Shown: positions 10,499 through 21,565 of the stretch, in pieces
Numbering within the stretch: the first letter of the stretch is position 1
Layout: each line of letters begins with the position of its first letter
From: a virus
Taxonomy: Duplodnaviria > Heunggongvirae > Uroviricota > Caudoviricetes
Virus record (IMG/VR): IMGVR_UViG_2737471844_000008
Coordinates: 1 to 39,906 of that record
DNA length: 39,906 nt
Reading direction: 5' to 3' (one strand)
Program-made: the position numbers and the translations under genes
The notes under the pieces: generated by a model
The model's input: only the letters and a program-made list of their open reading frames with translations
What the model was told of the DNA's origin: nothing
Databases searched by the model: none

Positions 10499-11191
10499 TT
10501 AAAACAACGAGCCAAGCAATCCGATACCAGCACCAATGCCAGCGCCCCAAGGCGTTGATGTTCCCAAAAGGCTGGCAAGACCTGCACCGGCAATCGCACC
10601 AGACGTGCCACCGCTAATTGCAGTCTGAAGACTTGATGGTTTATTGGCATTAGCAGCGGCAAGTGCTGCGCTTTGCTGTGCAATGCTGCTCATGTTGTTG
10701 GCGTACGTCTGCCCGGCGTTTGCCTGACCTTGCAGCGCACCAAGCCCAACGTTTGCCAGATTGTTGTAATTGCTCATCTGGTTTGATAACCAAGACTGAC
10801 CGAGTGTCGGCGCGATCGTAGCCAGTTGATTGCTTGTGGCTGTCGAACCAAGTCCACCCGTCGCCTCCGCAGCAGCAAGACTCTGGTAACGCGCCTGACC
10901 TGCAAGGTCTTTATACTGCTGAGAGTTGTAATACTGATTAAGTGCCTGCCCCTGACCTTCTAAACTGGAAAGATTCTGCAACTGGTTAACATACTGCTCC
11001 GCAAGAGGCGTGAACGGAGCAAGGTTTTTCATGATCGTCTGCCACTGCTGATTTTGCAGGTCTGCTGCATACTTCTGAGCTTCTGCGGCATACTTTGCGC
11101 TTTTATCAGAACTGCCACCTTTCCCACCCTTTTCAGGGCAATAAGGTTCCTCGCCGCGCAGTTTTCTGCCCAGCTTAAATGCATATAACAT
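10499..11191 (-). CDS. Ejection protein, P22 gp7-like
   Basis: 230-aa ORF in the gp7 position, size matching P22 gp7 (229 aa); Gly/Ala-rich C-terminus. Confidence 0.75.
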   Translation of the reverse strand: MLYAFKLGRKLRGEEPYCPEKGGKGGSSDKSAKYAAEAQKYAADLQNQQWQTIMKNLAPFTPLAEQYVNQLQNLSSLEGQGQALNQYYNSQQYKDLAGQARYQSLAAAEATGGLGSTATSNQLATIAPTLGQSWLSNQMSNYNNLANVGLGALQGQANAGQTYANNMSSIAQQSAALAAANANKPSSLQTAISGGTSGAIAGAGLASLLGTSTPWGAGIGAGIGLLGSLF

Positions 11192-11193
11192 GG

Positions 11194-11649
11194 CTATCTC
11201 CCGTGATTCAGGAAGTCGATTAGTTCTTCGCGTGTGGCGCTGTAAAACGTCACGTCATCCACGCCTTTGAAGTATTTCTTGATGGTTCCTACACGCTTAA
11301 GGCCAATCATTGCGCAGTACATCTGCCCGTGGCGGAATTTGCGTGCAGCGAACGATGTGACGCACTGAACGGTGGTGTTAGTCAGAATGTATCGCCAGAA
11401 CGCCAGCCCGATTTCCTTGCTGAATCCGCGAATCTCTGGCAGGTACATGGCGTGGCAATCGAATGTAAGCGGCTGAATCTCCTGATAGTAAACAATGCCG
11501 CCGAACTGCCCGTGCACGTTCACCTCAAAGTAACGGCAATCAGGTTTGTAGTCGTATCCATCACCGTTGTTGCTCCCGGCAATAATGTCAGGGTGATTTC
11601 CGACTGCTTCGATCAGGTCGATGTTTCGCGTTGGTTTGAACTGAATCAT
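11194..11649 (-). CDS. Tail accessory protein, P22 gp14-like
   Basis: 151-aa ORF between the tail needle and gp7-like genes, matching the P22 order gp26-gp14-gp7. Confidence 0.65.
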   Translation of the reverse strand: MIQFKPTRNIDLIEAVGNHPDIIAGSNNGDGYDYKPDCRYFEVNVHGQFGGIVYYQEIQPLTFDCHAMYLPEIRGFSKEIGLAFWRYILTNTTVQCVTSFAARKFRHGQMYCAMIGLKRVGTIKKYFKGVDDVTFYSATREELIDFLNHGR

Positions 11650-12497
11650 TACTGCTCCGCGATTATCTTGATGGTTGTGGCAGTAAACGCCGCACCATTT
11701 GACTGAATGGTTAACGTACTGCCATTTGTGGCAAGAAAGCCGTCTTTATCCACGCTGAAGAACGTAGCTAACAGGATGTTGTCGGTTGTTGTCGCCGCAT
11801 TACGACTGCTGACCAACGTGTCAGGAACAGAGCCGGAAAAGGTTAGCTGCATTGACCTGTTGGCGGTTCCGCTGGGCCACGTCCCGACGATCGACAGCTT
11901 GAAGAACAAGGTTTTGTTCTCGTTGAACACAACCATCTTGTTGTTAACAGTGTCGAAGAATGGTGCCAACGTCCCGGATGACGGCGTGAGCGTTTTCAGC
12001 AGGCTAACAAGGTTGGTCGGCGCTGTCGGGATGGTTACAGATATGCCAGAGTAAACAACCTCTGACTTTTTGCGAGTAGTGGCATACTCCAGAGCATCAA
12101 TGCGCGTTTCATGGTCTGAAAGCGTGTTTTGAATGGCGATAACTTCATCAGTCAGATAATCAATATCGTTTTCTGCTGTCGTTAATCGGGAATCAAGGCC
12201 GACTATCGCCGATTCTGCGTTAGTGATCCTTGTTTCGTGGTCCTGAATCTTCGCTTCAGCTGATGCCAGTCGAATTTCGTGATCGACCAGAATCACATCC
12301 TGCTCATCGTTCCTGACTTGTGCGTCATAAGCGCCCTGTCCGGCCTCGTTGGCCTTGTTCGCCACGTTACCAACATCAGTACCCTGTGCGATAACGTACA
12401 GCAGATATGACTGCGAGAAGATATTGCGTGGAAGGACTGATGTGTCGAGCCGCGTAGCCTGGATGATTACCGGCACATTGAGATTCGAATCCGCCAT
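11649..12497 (-). CDS. Tail needle protein (P22 gp26-like) with C-terminal knob extension
   Basis: N-terminus [43 protein letters not shown] is near-identical to P22 gp26; 282 aa is the Sf6-type length with a C-terminal knob. Confidence 0.9.
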   Translation of the reverse strand: MADSNLNVPVIIQATRLDTSVLPRNIFSQSYLLYVIAQGTDVGNVANKANEAGQGAYDAQVRNDEQDVILVDHEIRLASAEAKIQDHETRITNAESAIVGLDSRLTTAENDIDYLTDEVIAIQNTLSDHETRIDALEYATTRKKSEVVYSGISVTIPTAPTNLVSLLKTLTPSSGTLAPFFDTVNNKMVVFNENKTLFFKLSIVGTWPSGTANRSMQLTFSGSVPDTLVSSRNAATTTDNILLATFFSVDKDGFLATNGSTLTIQSNGAAFTATTIKIIAEQ

Positions 12498-13915
12498 TAC
12501 TCAATCCTTATCTGGCAGCCAGACAGAGTGACAGGTGACTTCGTGATAACGCGCAATTTGAAGCCGACATTTTTCCTGATGCGCCCTACTCGCTTCCACA
12601 AAACGCGTTTGTCGTAAACGAACGGTTCATTCTGCTCAATCATCTGCTCACGCCCGTAATTGATGCCGTCAGTGGTTGCAGAGAGAAAAAGGCGGTCAGC
12701 ATACTGCGCAACGCCAGTTGACGATTCAACCTCAAGGTCGAACACTCTGGCGTTATCCGCTTTGAACAGTGGAGTAAACAGCAGGTGTTCCTGTTGCTTG
12801 TCGTACTGGCTGCTGATGTCGAATTGCAATTTCCCGGTCACGGACTCCAGCTTATCGCCGCACGTTATCTGATTGCCTTCGTAAATGAAGTCGATAGCGC
12901 GGTACACATCGTCATACAGGCCTGTTTTCAACACACACCATTGCGGACCATTGGCGCTTGAAGATGCGTCGTACACCAGAACATGGCGCGGAAGATGGAT
13001 AATCAGCAGCTCATGCGCATCAAATCGCAGAGACTCCATCACGCCATCAGCCAGTTCATCAGCAGTGTAGGAGCGTAGTATTTTCTCAATGCTCGCGCTG
13101 GCGATTGGTGATACCTGACCGGAGCCGATGATGTATACAGACGGCGCACCCGTTGCCGGATTGCTGATGAACGCATAAGAATCAGCGAATGGCGTTTTGC
13201 AGTAAGTCCCGGCAATACCTTTCTGCACCATCAGCGATGGTTGTGCAACATACAAAGCGGCACCAACGGTGGTTGCACCAGTCAGGGAGAAATATTCAAT
13301 CGTCGATGAACCAAAGCAGACGATGAAATCTCGCCATGTTCCGATGCCGATGATTCCGTCAGGCTGAGACTCGGCACGATATTGTGCGCTGTAACGGTCA
13401 GGATGAGATTCGTCTTCAGGGTCAGTGATAAACCATGAATCAGTTCCGTCTTTTGACCACGCATAACGCCCACGTAAGCGCGTAATGTCGCGAACTGAAC
13501 CTAACTCATACTGAGTGAATCCACTGTCTGTAGGCCAGTTTGAGACGGTTTTAACCGTACCATCATAGCGATACTCGACCAGTTGACCATTAACGCCTAC
13601 CGCCTGTGATGTCCGACCATGCGCCATTGATACGCGACCACTTCCGGCAACATCACCGACTTCGCTTTCGCCTTTGTAGAGCTTGCCGCCACACACACGA
13701 TAGACAGCATTCTGCGCCATGTTGTACTCGACGCCTCGAGATACACCGTTCACATCAGAACGTTTGGCAATGCCCGGGAATGAGCGAAGATATCCGCTGC
13801 TGTTGAGGATTTCTTTGGGGGTTGCCAGCATATTCACTGGCAGATAGTCGATATAGTCGGCGTTTCGAAAGTCTTTGCCGACACCTTTCATAAGCGGAAG
13901 TTGCTGAATCGGCAT
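12497..13915 (-). CDS. Tail hub protein, P22 gp10-like
   Basis: 472-aa ORF, the same length as P22 gp10, in the correct position. Confidence 0.85.
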   Translation of the reverse strand: MPIQQLPLMKGVGKDFRNADYIDYLPVNMLATPKEILNSSGYLRSFPGIAKRSDVNGVSRGVEYNMAQNAVYRVCGGKLYKGESEVGDVAGSGRVSMAHGRTSQAVGVNGQLVEYRYDGTVKTVSNWPTDSGFTQYELGSVRDITRLRGRYAWSKDGTDSWFITDPEDESHPDRYSAQYRAESQPDGIIGIGTWRDFIVCFGSSTIEYFSLTGATTVGAALYVAQPSLMVQKGIAGTYCKTPFADSYAFISNPATGAPSVYIIGSGQVSPIASASIEKILRSYTADELADGVMESLRFDAHELLIIHLPRHVLVYDASSSANGPQWCVLKTGLYDDVYRAIDFIYEGNQITCGDKLESVTGKLQFDISSQYDKQQEHLLFTPLFKADNARVFDLEVESSTGVAQYADRLFLSATTDGINYGREQMIEQNEPFVYDKRVLWKRVGRIRKNVGFKLRVITKSPVTLSGCQIRIE

Positions 13916-13924
13916 TTATTCACC

Positions 13925-14386
13925 TCACGTACTCGGATCATCTTTCTCGATGTAAAACCGATTCCACGTAAACGCGCTTTTGTTACCACTACCGCGAGGC
14001 ATGTCATTTCGCCGCTCAAGTGGTGGTATTTTGGTTAAAGCGATACAGATTGTCTGATATGCACTGTCAGCAGCGGTAAGGAGAGCGTCTGACGGCTGAA
14101 TGACGTTATCCATGCACACTTGCACAGCGAGTTTCAAAGCGACGCCATCATTTGCCCATGCAGGGATACCTGAATCATCGTCAGGTAACGGCATGATGCC
14201 GTTTTCTGTATCAGCAAACTGATATCCAAGCTCGATACCTTTAGCCTGCCATGCTGCCATCATGTCTTCGAGGTCATTAATGGCATCTTCAATTGCCTGA
14301 GGGTCAGCATCTGTCAACGTGGCATTGGAATACAGCCCGGCTTTTCGTAAAGCCTTAAGAACGAGATCACCCTTCGTTTTCGCCAT
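13925..14386 (-). CDS. Head-to-tail adaptor, P22 gp4-like
   Basis: N-terminus KTKGDLVLKALRKAGLYSNATLTDADPQAIEDAINDLEDMMAAW matches P22 gp4. Confidence 0.9.
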   Translation of the reverse strand: MAKTKGDLVLKALRKAGLYSNATLTDADPQAIEDAINDLEDMMAAWQAKGIELGYQFADTENGIMPLPDDDSGIPAWANDGVALKLAVQVCMDNVIQPSDALLTAADSAYQTICIALTKIPPLERRNDMPRGSGNKSAFTWNRFYIEKDDPST

Positions 14387-14555
14387 CTTCTTCCGCCTTA
14401 GCCACTTTATGCTTCGTTGCGGTTTCTTCAGGAGTTTTTACCCAGCCTTTTTTCAGGTGAGATTTAACTTCTTCGTCATCAACAATGATGTAATCGACAG
14501 CAAACTGACCACAGGTGATCATGTTGCCAGGCTTATAGAGCATTGTTCGTGCCAT
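14367..14555 (-). CDS. Hypothetical small protein between coat and gp4 genes
   Basis: 62-aa ORF from an internal ATG preceded by a GGGAG Shine-Dalgarno at 6-nt spacing; acidic C-terminus; overlaps the gp4 start by 20 nt in another frame. Confidence 0.45.
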   Translation of the reverse strand: MARTMLYKPGNMITCGQFAVDYIIVDDEEVKSHLKKGWVKTPEETATKHKVAKAEEDGENEG

Positions 14556-14596
14556 TGTCTTCTCCCAATAAAAATGGGGCCGAAGCCCCACCAAAA

Positions 14597-15850
14597 TTAC
14601 TGCCCGGCAATAACGATGCCCGTATATTCAGGAACAAGTACAGAGCAACCGTACAGGGTGGTGAAACGCGCAGTGGTTACACCTTTGATGTGGTCGAAGG
14701 CGTAAGACATGATCAGCGTAGCGCCCTGCTCGGTGGTTGCTGTCATTACCTGTGGACCCTGACCAGTCGGGAACGCCAGTTTGCCGTACATCAGCTCAAC
14801 AGAACCATCAGCCCAGAATAGGTTAGCCGGTGCTGCATTTTTGTTGAGAATGGTAATTGCTGCACCATTTGCCGCGTTAGCATCAACGTTTGCATATGGT
14901 CGGCTGGCGACATCCGCGTTGTCAGGCGGCAGAATTTTCGGGGAGATAGTTACTGTCGTTCCGCTTACTGCCAGAACGCGGAATACCTGCGGCTGCCCGG
15001 TGGTATCTTTGGTGATCTGGTGTACGGAATTCACCCCTGCGATGGTAAACGCATCGCCAACCTGCAAACCAGATGCAGATACCGTAATGGTCCCCTGTCG
15101 GTTATCCACTGGCATATCGTTGGCATCTTTCGCTTCAACCTTGTGCGCAGGTTCAGCCGCCAGCGTCAGGGAAGTTGCTGTACCCTTCGGAACACGACCA
15201 GAAATATCGGTCTTGTAGCTATCGAAGGACGCAACCGGAGGGATCTGCGCTTTTTCGTATGCTGTCAGGGTTGCGCCCTGAGCATAGGCACGGTGACCAA
15301 GCTCGCCAGCAAGGTCTTTGTAGTTGAAGGGGTTCCAGAAAGAGCGGCGGTTGATACCCTGTGGTACACCAATCGCCGTCATGGTGGCATCAATACCTGC
15401 CGCACAGTTCCACAAATCACGGCCCTGTGAACCAGTGGTTGAGTCAGCCATCGTGATCACGTTAGTAGCACGCTGCGTAACCATGGAAATCAGGTCAGAG
15501 TCAATCTGTGCAGCAAGGCGCATACCTGCGGCGCGACCAGCTTCAGTTTTATGCTCAGGGTCACGCATTTCACGCGCATCCAGAGTGTACAGAATGTTTT
15601 TCGGCTCCTTGAACACAGAAGGAACAAGGCGCTGAACCAGTGCTGTTGGCGTTTTGCTGCTGAGATCTAGGCCTTCTTCAATGTTCATGTGGTAATGCTG
15701 CGGACGATACAGAACATCACCTGCTCGCTGCATTGCTGTATCACCGGGACGGAATTTTTTAGCGTTACGGGAAACTACGCAGGCGGCCTCAAAGCCTTCA
15801 ACGTAGTTTTCGAACATGATTTCAAGGTCTTTTGCTAATTGGTTAGCCAT
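14597..15850 (-). CDS. Major capsid (coat) protein, P22 gp5-like (HK97 fold with insertion domain)
   Basis: 417-aa ORF; C-terminal half aligns with P22 coat (YANVDANAANGAAITILNKNAAPANLFWADGSVEL versus the P22 YANVNTSLADAMAVNILNV...FWADDAIRIV region). Confidence 0.9.
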   Translation of the reverse strand: MANQLAKDLEIMFENYVEGFEAACVVSRNAKKFRPGDTAMQRAGDVLYRPQHYHMNIEEGLDLSSKTPTALVQRLVPSVFKEPKNILYTLDAREMRDPEHKTEAGRAAGMRLAAQIDSDLISMVTQRATNVITMADSTTGSQGRDLWNCAAGIDATMTAIGVPQGINRRSFWNPFNYKDLAGELGHRAYAQGATLTAYEKAQIPPVASFDSYKTDISGRVPKGTATSLTLAAEPAHKVEAKDANDMPVDNRQGTITVSASGLQVGDAFTIAGVNSVHQITKDTTGQPQVFRVLAVSGTTVTISPKILPPDNADVASRPYANVDANAANGAAITILNKNAAPANLFWADGSVELMYGKLAFPTGQGPQVMTATTEQGATLIMSYAFDHIKGVTTARFTTLYGCSVLVPEYTGIVIAGQ

Positions 15851-15868
15851 GCTTAATGCTCCGATAGG

Positions 15869-16762
15869 TTATTTTTTTGCCTTTTTAGCGGCGAAATACG
15901 GCGTCCAGTCACCAGTTTCCAGCGCCTTGGCTTTCAGTTTGTCGAGGTTATTGATTACTGCGCCGTTGCTCCCCTTAACTGTCGGGGTTGTGGCTGCCGT
16001 GGTTTTTGCTTTTGGCATGATTCTGGCCTTAGATTCGATACGTTCCAGCAGACGACCAATTGCTACGGGGTTGGTAGCTTCTGCCAGTTGCTTGCGCAGT
16101 TCAGCGTTGCGACCAAGCGCCAGAACAACGATTTCCGGCTTCTCTGACTCAAACAGGATCGCGTTTTGTGTCTCGATGGGGATTTCCTCGAGTACGGCCT
16201 GTTCTGCTTCCTGATAGCCAGGAACTTTGAGAGCCTTAACACGTTGCTGATATTTGGATAATCGCTCTTGATAAGCAGCCTGAAGCTCCTGCTCCTTCTG
16301 CTTGCGAGCCATCTCCTGTTGCTGGTACTTGCCGTTATCCTCTGCCCACTTAGCCATGCGTTGCTGGTAGATTTCTTCATCGAAACCGATGTCCTCATCA
16401 TCCAGTTTTGGCATTCGCGGTGGTTGAGTGATTACCGGCTGCTGCTCGACGGGTTTCTGAGACTGACGCATCAGCTCTTTCAGCTCGCGGTCTTTCTCTT
16501 TAATCGTCTTGCGCAGGTGTTTTACCAGTCCATGCTCTGCGCCATCTTCGCTGGTTGGCGAATCCAGCTTTTCGTCACCAAAGTAGAATTCCTGTTCTGA
16601 TTCGTCGTCATCAGTTTCAGTAGCTTCCTCTGCATCATTGCCGGAGGACTCACTGCCATCTTCTGTTTCGACTTCTTCAGCCAGTTCGACATCATCAGGA
16701 ATCTGCTCTGACGCGTCGGTTTCGATTTCAACTTCTGGTGTGTTTTCTGCCATCTGGTCCAT
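15869..16762 (-). CDS. Scaffolding protein, P22 gp8-like
   Basis: 297-aa ORF with a highly acidic N-terminus and a basic helical C-terminus, between the portal and coat genes. Confidence 0.85.
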   Translation of the reverse strand: MDQMAENTPEVEIETDASEQIPDDVELAEEVETEDGSESSGNDAEEATETDDDESEQEFYFGDEKLDSPTSEDGAEHGLVKHLRKTIKEKDRELKELMRQSQKPVEQQPVITQPPRMPKLDDEDIGFDEEIYQQRMAKWAEDNGKYQQQEMARKQKEQELQAAYQERLSKYQQRVKALKVPGYQEAEQAVLEEIPIETQNAILFESEKPEIVVLALGRNAELRKQLAEATNPVAIGRLLERIESKARIMPKAKTTAATTPTVKGSNGAVINNLDKLKAKALETGDWTPYFAAKKAKK

Positions 16763-16852
16763 TTGTTACCCCTGTTTACTCGATGTTCAGCCCATCGGAA
16801 GGCAATAGGGTGCCAGGCCTCATAAAGACAGCCATTGCACGTTATGGGTTAA

Positions 16853-19051
16853 TTACTGCTGTGGTTGTTGCTGAGTTGATTTTTGCAGGTTGCTGCTGAT
16901 GTCCATGCGCTGCGCATGACCCTGTGCCTGACTTTTCAGGACAAGCTCTGCATCAGCACGGGCATTGTCTCCTTGCTGTTGCTGGAACTGTCCGAGCAGT
17001 TTCAGAGCCTCGCGGATATCAGATTTCTGCTGGCTATCGGCAGATGCGAGGATTTTCACAACGTTTGCCGCTGCAACCTGAGCATCAGTCTGTGCCTGGA
17101 ATGCTTTAACCTGAATGGCTGCCTGTTCGTTCTGCGCTTTCTGCAATTCAGCCTGACCTGCAAGAAGCTGACCTTGCGCAGCAACCATAGCCGGATCCGG
17201 CTGACTGGCCTGTTGTTGTTTCGCCTGCTCAACCATTTGCTGCTCTTCTGGCGTTCTCGGCTTTATAACTCCAGACAGAAGCAACTGATTGCGGTTGTAT
17301 TCTTTAAGGTCGTCCATCCCTTCGCCGTCCATATTGTCGAGAATCATCGACGATACAAGGTCGTGCTTCGGCGTTCCTGGTGGGATAAGTGCCAGCATGG
17401 AAAGTAACGACTTAACCGTTGCATCACGGCGAGTAGCGAACGACTGACCGACATCGACAGTCACTTCATAGTTGCCCTGCGAAAGGTCATTAAGCGCGAT
17501 AACCTGCCCTGTCTGACGGTCAACCACTTCACCAGTCATCAGCGCCACGTCATCGCTGCCGTCCTCATTAACGATACGCATCGGCGTATCACTGCCATAG
17601 ACCTCACGCGCCATAGAAAGCCACACAACGCCAGCGCGACGCATGGATTTAGCCATGTTGTCCATGTAGATATAGGACTGCGTATCCATCCGGTTAAAGA
17701 TGCTATCAACGGTATCGGTGGCGACGTTGCTCGGCATGTTCTCAAGCTGCGACGCACCTGTAATTTGCTGAATAGCCGTTCCGGTGTACTGCAATAGCCC
17801 GGCAAGAGCTGGAGGCATTTGTGTTGGAGGAGTCCAGCCAGCAACCTGAGCCTCTGAAATGACCGTTCCGTTTTTGTCCTTCTTGCTGGTCATGGGAAGA
17901 ACTGCTGGTCTTTTCTTATTCCTCTCTGCCCAGTGATTCATTAATGGGCCGGGAATGAAATCAACATCCACGATAGGAATGCCATCACCGCCAGCCTGAG
18001 TGGCGTTATCTGCAATCATGGAAACCATCAGGTTCTCAAGACGCTGTGCATCCATCGCTTTTGCTGCGTGGCCTTCGATTCGCTCCTGATTATCAACAAA
18101 TGAACGACGCCCATATACCGGGATGAGAGGAATATGTTCGCCCGGAATACGCTTAGGTTCTTCCAGCCATTCAGCGCCAGACAGAAGACCGCAATAAACT
18201 CTGCGTTTCTTCACCGTCCGCTCACCGATCAGTTCGAATGCACCATCGGTCAGTTCGTCGACAATATCTTTGATTTGCTCTTCATCATAGATTGCCGTTT
18301 CTCCGCTAACAGGGTTGCGCCACGCCGTGAGCTTCACCTTCTCTATGCGAACTTCGTAGTAGCGTCCAACATAGATGGCATCGGGCGTTGACCAGTCATA
18401 CTGAGTGCCAGTGCCATCACGAGAAAGGCTTGCCGCGATGGAATCAGGGTATTCAGCCTCGAACGCTTTGGGCGTCATGGAGAACATTTCCATAGCCCAC
18501 ATAGCATCAGAGCGGTCATATTGCTTGCTGTCCTGATCAAAGAAGACGCATGTCGCTGGGTCGTAAACAGGGAGAAGGCTGATGCGTCGCTGATCGTTAC
18601 TCGGATCCATTTCATCTTCGTAATCGGCACACATGCGGAAACAACCGAATCCGCCCGTTACAGCATCATCAAATGCGTTATCACACGCTTCACCACCGGA
18701 TGTTTCCTGATAGTCAGCGCGGAATTTGCCGTTCATCTTTTCGGCTAACGCTTCCGATGCCTTATCGTCCTTCGGCCTGAATTTAACGCTGATGCGATTC
18801 TGTCGATACTCGCCAATGATGCGATCACATTCACGGGCAATCTTATTCAGTTCAAAGCGCGGGTAATGCTCAAACCTGCCTTCATCAAATGAGTAACCAG
18901 CGTTTGTGCTGCCTTCCCACTGTGCGCCGGACACCCGGACGAAACGTTGAGCCTCAATAATCTGCTCACGCATATCCTGCGTTGCTGACCAGGCATTATC
19001 AAAGTTGCACAGCACCTTGCGATGCCAGTCAGTCATCTTTTTTTCTGCCAT
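16853..19051 (-). CDS. Portal protein, P22 gp1-like
   Basis: 732-aa ORF (P22 portal is 725 aa) with a long C-terminal Gln-rich helical barrel region; between the TerL and scaffold genes. Confidence 0.9.
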   Translation of the reverse strand: MAEKKMTDWHRKVLCNFDNAWSATQDMREQIIEAQRFVRVSGAQWEGSTNAGYSFDEGRFEHYPRFELNKIARECDRIIGEYRQNRISVKFRPKDDKASEALAEKMNGKFRADYQETSGGEACDNAFDDAVTGGFGCFRMCADYEDEMDPSNDQRRISLLPVYDPATCVFFDQDSKQYDRSDAMWAMEMFSMTPKAFEAEYPDSIAASLSRDGTGTQYDWSTPDAIYVGRYYEVRIEKVKLTAWRNPVSGETAIYDEEQIKDIVDELTDGAFELIGERTVKKRRVYCGLLSGAEWLEEPKRIPGEHIPLIPVYGRRSFVDNQERIEGHAAKAMDAQRLENLMVSMIADNATQAGGDGIPIVDVDFIPGPLMNHWAERNKKRPAVLPMTSKKDKNGTVISEAQVAGWTPPTQMPPALAGLLQYTGTAIQQITGASQLENMPSNVATDTVDSIFNRMDTQSYIYMDNMAKSMRRAGVVWLSMAREVYGSDTPMRIVNEDGSDDVALMTGEVVDRQTGQVIALNDLSQGNYEVTVDVGQSFATRRDATVKSLLSMLALIPPGTPKHDLVSSMILDNMDGEGMDDLKEYNRNQLLLSGVIKPRTPEEQQMVEQAKQQQASQPDPAMVAAQGQLLAGQAELQKAQNEQAAIQVKAFQAQTDAQVAAANVVKILASADSQQKSDIREALKLLGQFQQQQGDNARADAELVLKSQAQGHAQRMDISSNLQKSTQQQPQQ

Positions 19052-19052
19052 A

Positions 19053-20468
19053 TCAACCTACACCACAAGGAATTGAGTAACTGGAATAGTCGGGTTGCGC
19101 AGCCGACTCCGGGCAATGCATACACATCATCAGCGCATCAGCCAGGTTAGGAGATGGAATACCGAGCTTCTGCTTCATTTCGACCTTAGTCATAAGCTCC
19201 AGCTTCCCGTTATTATTGAATTTGCGCTGAATCTGCGTAAGTTCTGCAAACAGCTTCTCCAGCATCTTCTCGCCTATCGCTTCTTTGTCGAAACTCAGCA
19301 TGTCGTCGGGGTCTGCATACTCCCCATAGACAACCGCCCGATATGTCAGATACAGCCTGTCAGCCAGCACGTAATAGAATTGCGCTCGCTTATTGCGGAA
19401 TACATCGCCAATAGTGCGAACGTTGTCGCCCTGTACGACTTCATCAGCCCAAGCTCCGGACTGATACGGCGCATCTTCATCGAATGGCGATTCACTGCCC
19501 TTGAACATCGTGGCGGTGATTTTCTTGCCGGAGAACGCTTCCGTTGTCTGTCTGCGTAGCCCTGCACCGACACCATCACCATCCCACAAGTAGTGGTCAG
19601 CACCGTCTTCAATCGCCAGCGAAGTAGCCCAGTCAGCCCCCTCGTTGATGTCCATCAGCAGACCTTCGGCAATGCGCTTAACTACCGAACCGTGACGCGA
19701 TGCATAACCTTTAGCATCTGGCCCTGTATCTGATGGATCATGCGCAGAGACAACAGCGCCTTTCGCTTTCCATCCGAGTTTCTTGTGCGCATCGGTTGCG
19801 GCTTCAAGCCATTCACGTTTGATGATTGCCATATCACTTGCGCTTACTGGCTCACCAAGCCAGATGTGACGATACAGTGTCGGATTTCTGCGTTTACACT
19901 CTTCCATCTCCAGACGGAGAACTTCAGGAAAGTGCGGATTGTCGGTGTAGTTCACCGTCAGCAGACAAATATCATCGGGAGGATTTACAACGAATCGCTG
20001 ATAGGTATCGTCGAGAATGTTCTTAGGGTTGAAGCTCACCCATATTTCGGAAAACGGCTTACGGATGGTTGGAATCAGGATATCCCATGATTCCTTCGTT
20101 ACCGCTTCCGCTTCTTCCACCCAGCAGATATCAATGCCTTCGAGCGATTTAATCTTCGTCGGGTTGTTTTTGATGCCGTAGAACATGAATTCAGCATTCG
20201 TTCCGAGATGACGAATCATTGAACGCTGAATTTCAAACTCAGCCGAATACCCTTCACGCTCGATGGTATCTTCAAGCAACCGGATTACCGAATCGCTGAT
20301 ACTGTTTTGCAGTTCACGAGCGCAGAGAATACGCACAGGCTGCCGACGCGCCGCTTCAACAAGCAGCCTCGCAATTGCCCATGACTTACCGCTACCTCGA
20401 CCGCCTTTGGCAACTTTGTAGCGATGCGCCTCAATGAACGGTTCAAAGATAGGATTAATCGAGGTCAT
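19053..20468 (-). CDS. Terminase large subunit (TerL)
   Basis: 471-aa ORF; Walker A GGRGSGKS near the N-terminus; C-terminal nuclease region; overlaps the terS stop. Confidence 0.93.
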   Translation of the reverse strand: MTSINPIFEPFIEAHRYKVAKGGRGSGKSWAIARLLVEAARRQPVRILCARELQNSISDSVIRLLEDTIEREGYSAEFEIQRSMIRHLGTNAEFMFYGIKNNPTKIKSLEGIDICWVEEAEAVTKESWDILIPTIRKPFSEIWVSFNPKNILDDTYQRFVVNPPDDICLLTVNYTDNPHFPEVLRLEMEECKRRNPTLYRHIWLGEPVSASDMAIIKREWLEAATDAHKKLGWKAKGAVVSAHDPSDTGPDAKGYASRHGSVVKRIAEGLLMDINEGADWATSLAIEDGADHYLWDGDGVGAGLRRQTTEAFSGKKITATMFKGSESPFDEDAPYQSGAWADEVVQGDNVRTIGDVFRNKRAQFYYVLADRLYLTYRAVVYGEYADPDDMLSFDKEAIGEKMLEKLFAELTQIQRKFNNNGKLELMTKVEMKQKLGIPSPNLADALMMCMHCPESAAQPDYSSYSIPCGVG

Positions 20469-20890
20469 TTTCCGAATAGAGTACTCATCGGTGATGTTTC
20501 AATCTGGATTGCGCCGCCGTCTTTGCCGACAAGCTCGTTAGTTACCTTGTCGCCATACTTACGGGGATTCATTCGGGCCAGCGCCCATTTGCGGGTATCA
20601 ACGCGAAGTCTTGCCTTTGCCACCTCGGCGGCATCAGGGATTACGTCGTCAGCAATTTCGAATATCTCTTCGAAAATAGAGTCGGCCCGAGTCTCTGTTG
20701 CCTTCGCGTACTGGTCACGAAACTCCTGATGTTCAGCCAGCCAGCGAAAAACTGATGTTTTGCTCGGCATTCCTGGGCGTTCGCAAACTTTGCGCAGACT
20801 CTCACCGGAGGAAAGCAATGCGCAAATGTCATTAGCCACCTCCGGCATATAATCAGAGGGGCGACCACCTTTCTTTTTCTCAGTCGCCAT
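20465..20890 (-). CDS. Terminase small subunit (TerS), Sf6 gp1-type
   Basis: 141-aa ORF nearly identical, from memory, to the Sf6 small terminase (GRPSDYMPEVA...ARLRVDTRKWALARMNPRKYGDK...IQIETSPMSTLFGK). The pac site is expected within this gene. Confidence 0.9.
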   Translation of the reverse strand: MATEKKKGGRPSDYMPEVANDICALLSSGESLRKVCERPGMPSKTSVFRWLAEHQEFRDQYAKATETRADSIFEEIFEIADDVIPDAAEVAKARLRVDTRKWALARMNPRKYGDKVTNELVGKDGGAIQIETSPMSTLFGK

Positions 20891-20969
20891 ATTGATTATT
20901 TCCCTTCTGCTTGCTTATCCCATTCATCGCGGAATTTGGATGGGTTGTCGAAACCTTGAGTTGCCATGT

Positions 20970-21212
20970 TTATGCTCCGGTGGTGAACAGGTCTAACGCT
21001 TCCTTCGATTTACGCACCGCTTCGAATGTGCGGATCGTGATATCCGAATTAGCGCCGCCTGACTGGAAGTGAATTTTGAATAGCTCAAGCTTCAGCTCGT
21101 CAGTGCCAATGAACTGAAACGCTTCCTCTGCGGCTGCGTTCTGGTTCATGACCAGTTTATAAATCTCTAACTGGAATTTCTGTTCTTCAGTCATGGGAAT
21201 AATCTCTGCCAT
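20970..21212 (-). CDS. Hypothetical protein (late region, upstream of terS)
   Basis: 80-aa ORF with ATG start, co-oriented with the late operon; no recognised motif. Confidence 0.5.
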   Translation of the reverse strand: MAEIIPMTEEQKFQLEIYKLVMNQNAAAEEAFQFIGTDELKLELFKIHFQSGGANSDITIRTFEAVRKSKEALDLFTTGA

Positions 21213-21565
21213 TGTTGGCTCCGTTTATCCGTTAAAAGGGATATCAGTTAAGTTATCCCGTGCAGGGTATAAGCCATTGTCGAGACCACTCATTGAATGG
21301 TCTCTGCAATAACCGATGTCTTTCCATCAGTCCGCCACCACAAAGAATCTTTTTTGCCATAAGGCAGGAGGTTCATCTTTCAGTGGCTGCCAGTGTTATT
21401 TCCCCACTTACTGGCTTGGGTTGTTTCGCTGTACTGCCGTAACTGGTGGTGCACAGATTTAGTTAAATCCGTTCTCGCATGATCCAGCTTTTACATACCT
21501 GGATTGTGAGGGATGTAAATCACGGTTTCATTATCAAGCCCACCCGTAGATGGGCTTTGGAATGG

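Noticed and set aside
16883-17407. 174-aa plus-strand ORF opposite the portal gene
   Set aside because: Antisense to the portal coding sequence; Leu/Arg/Cys-rich composition with no motif; treated as a frame artefact.
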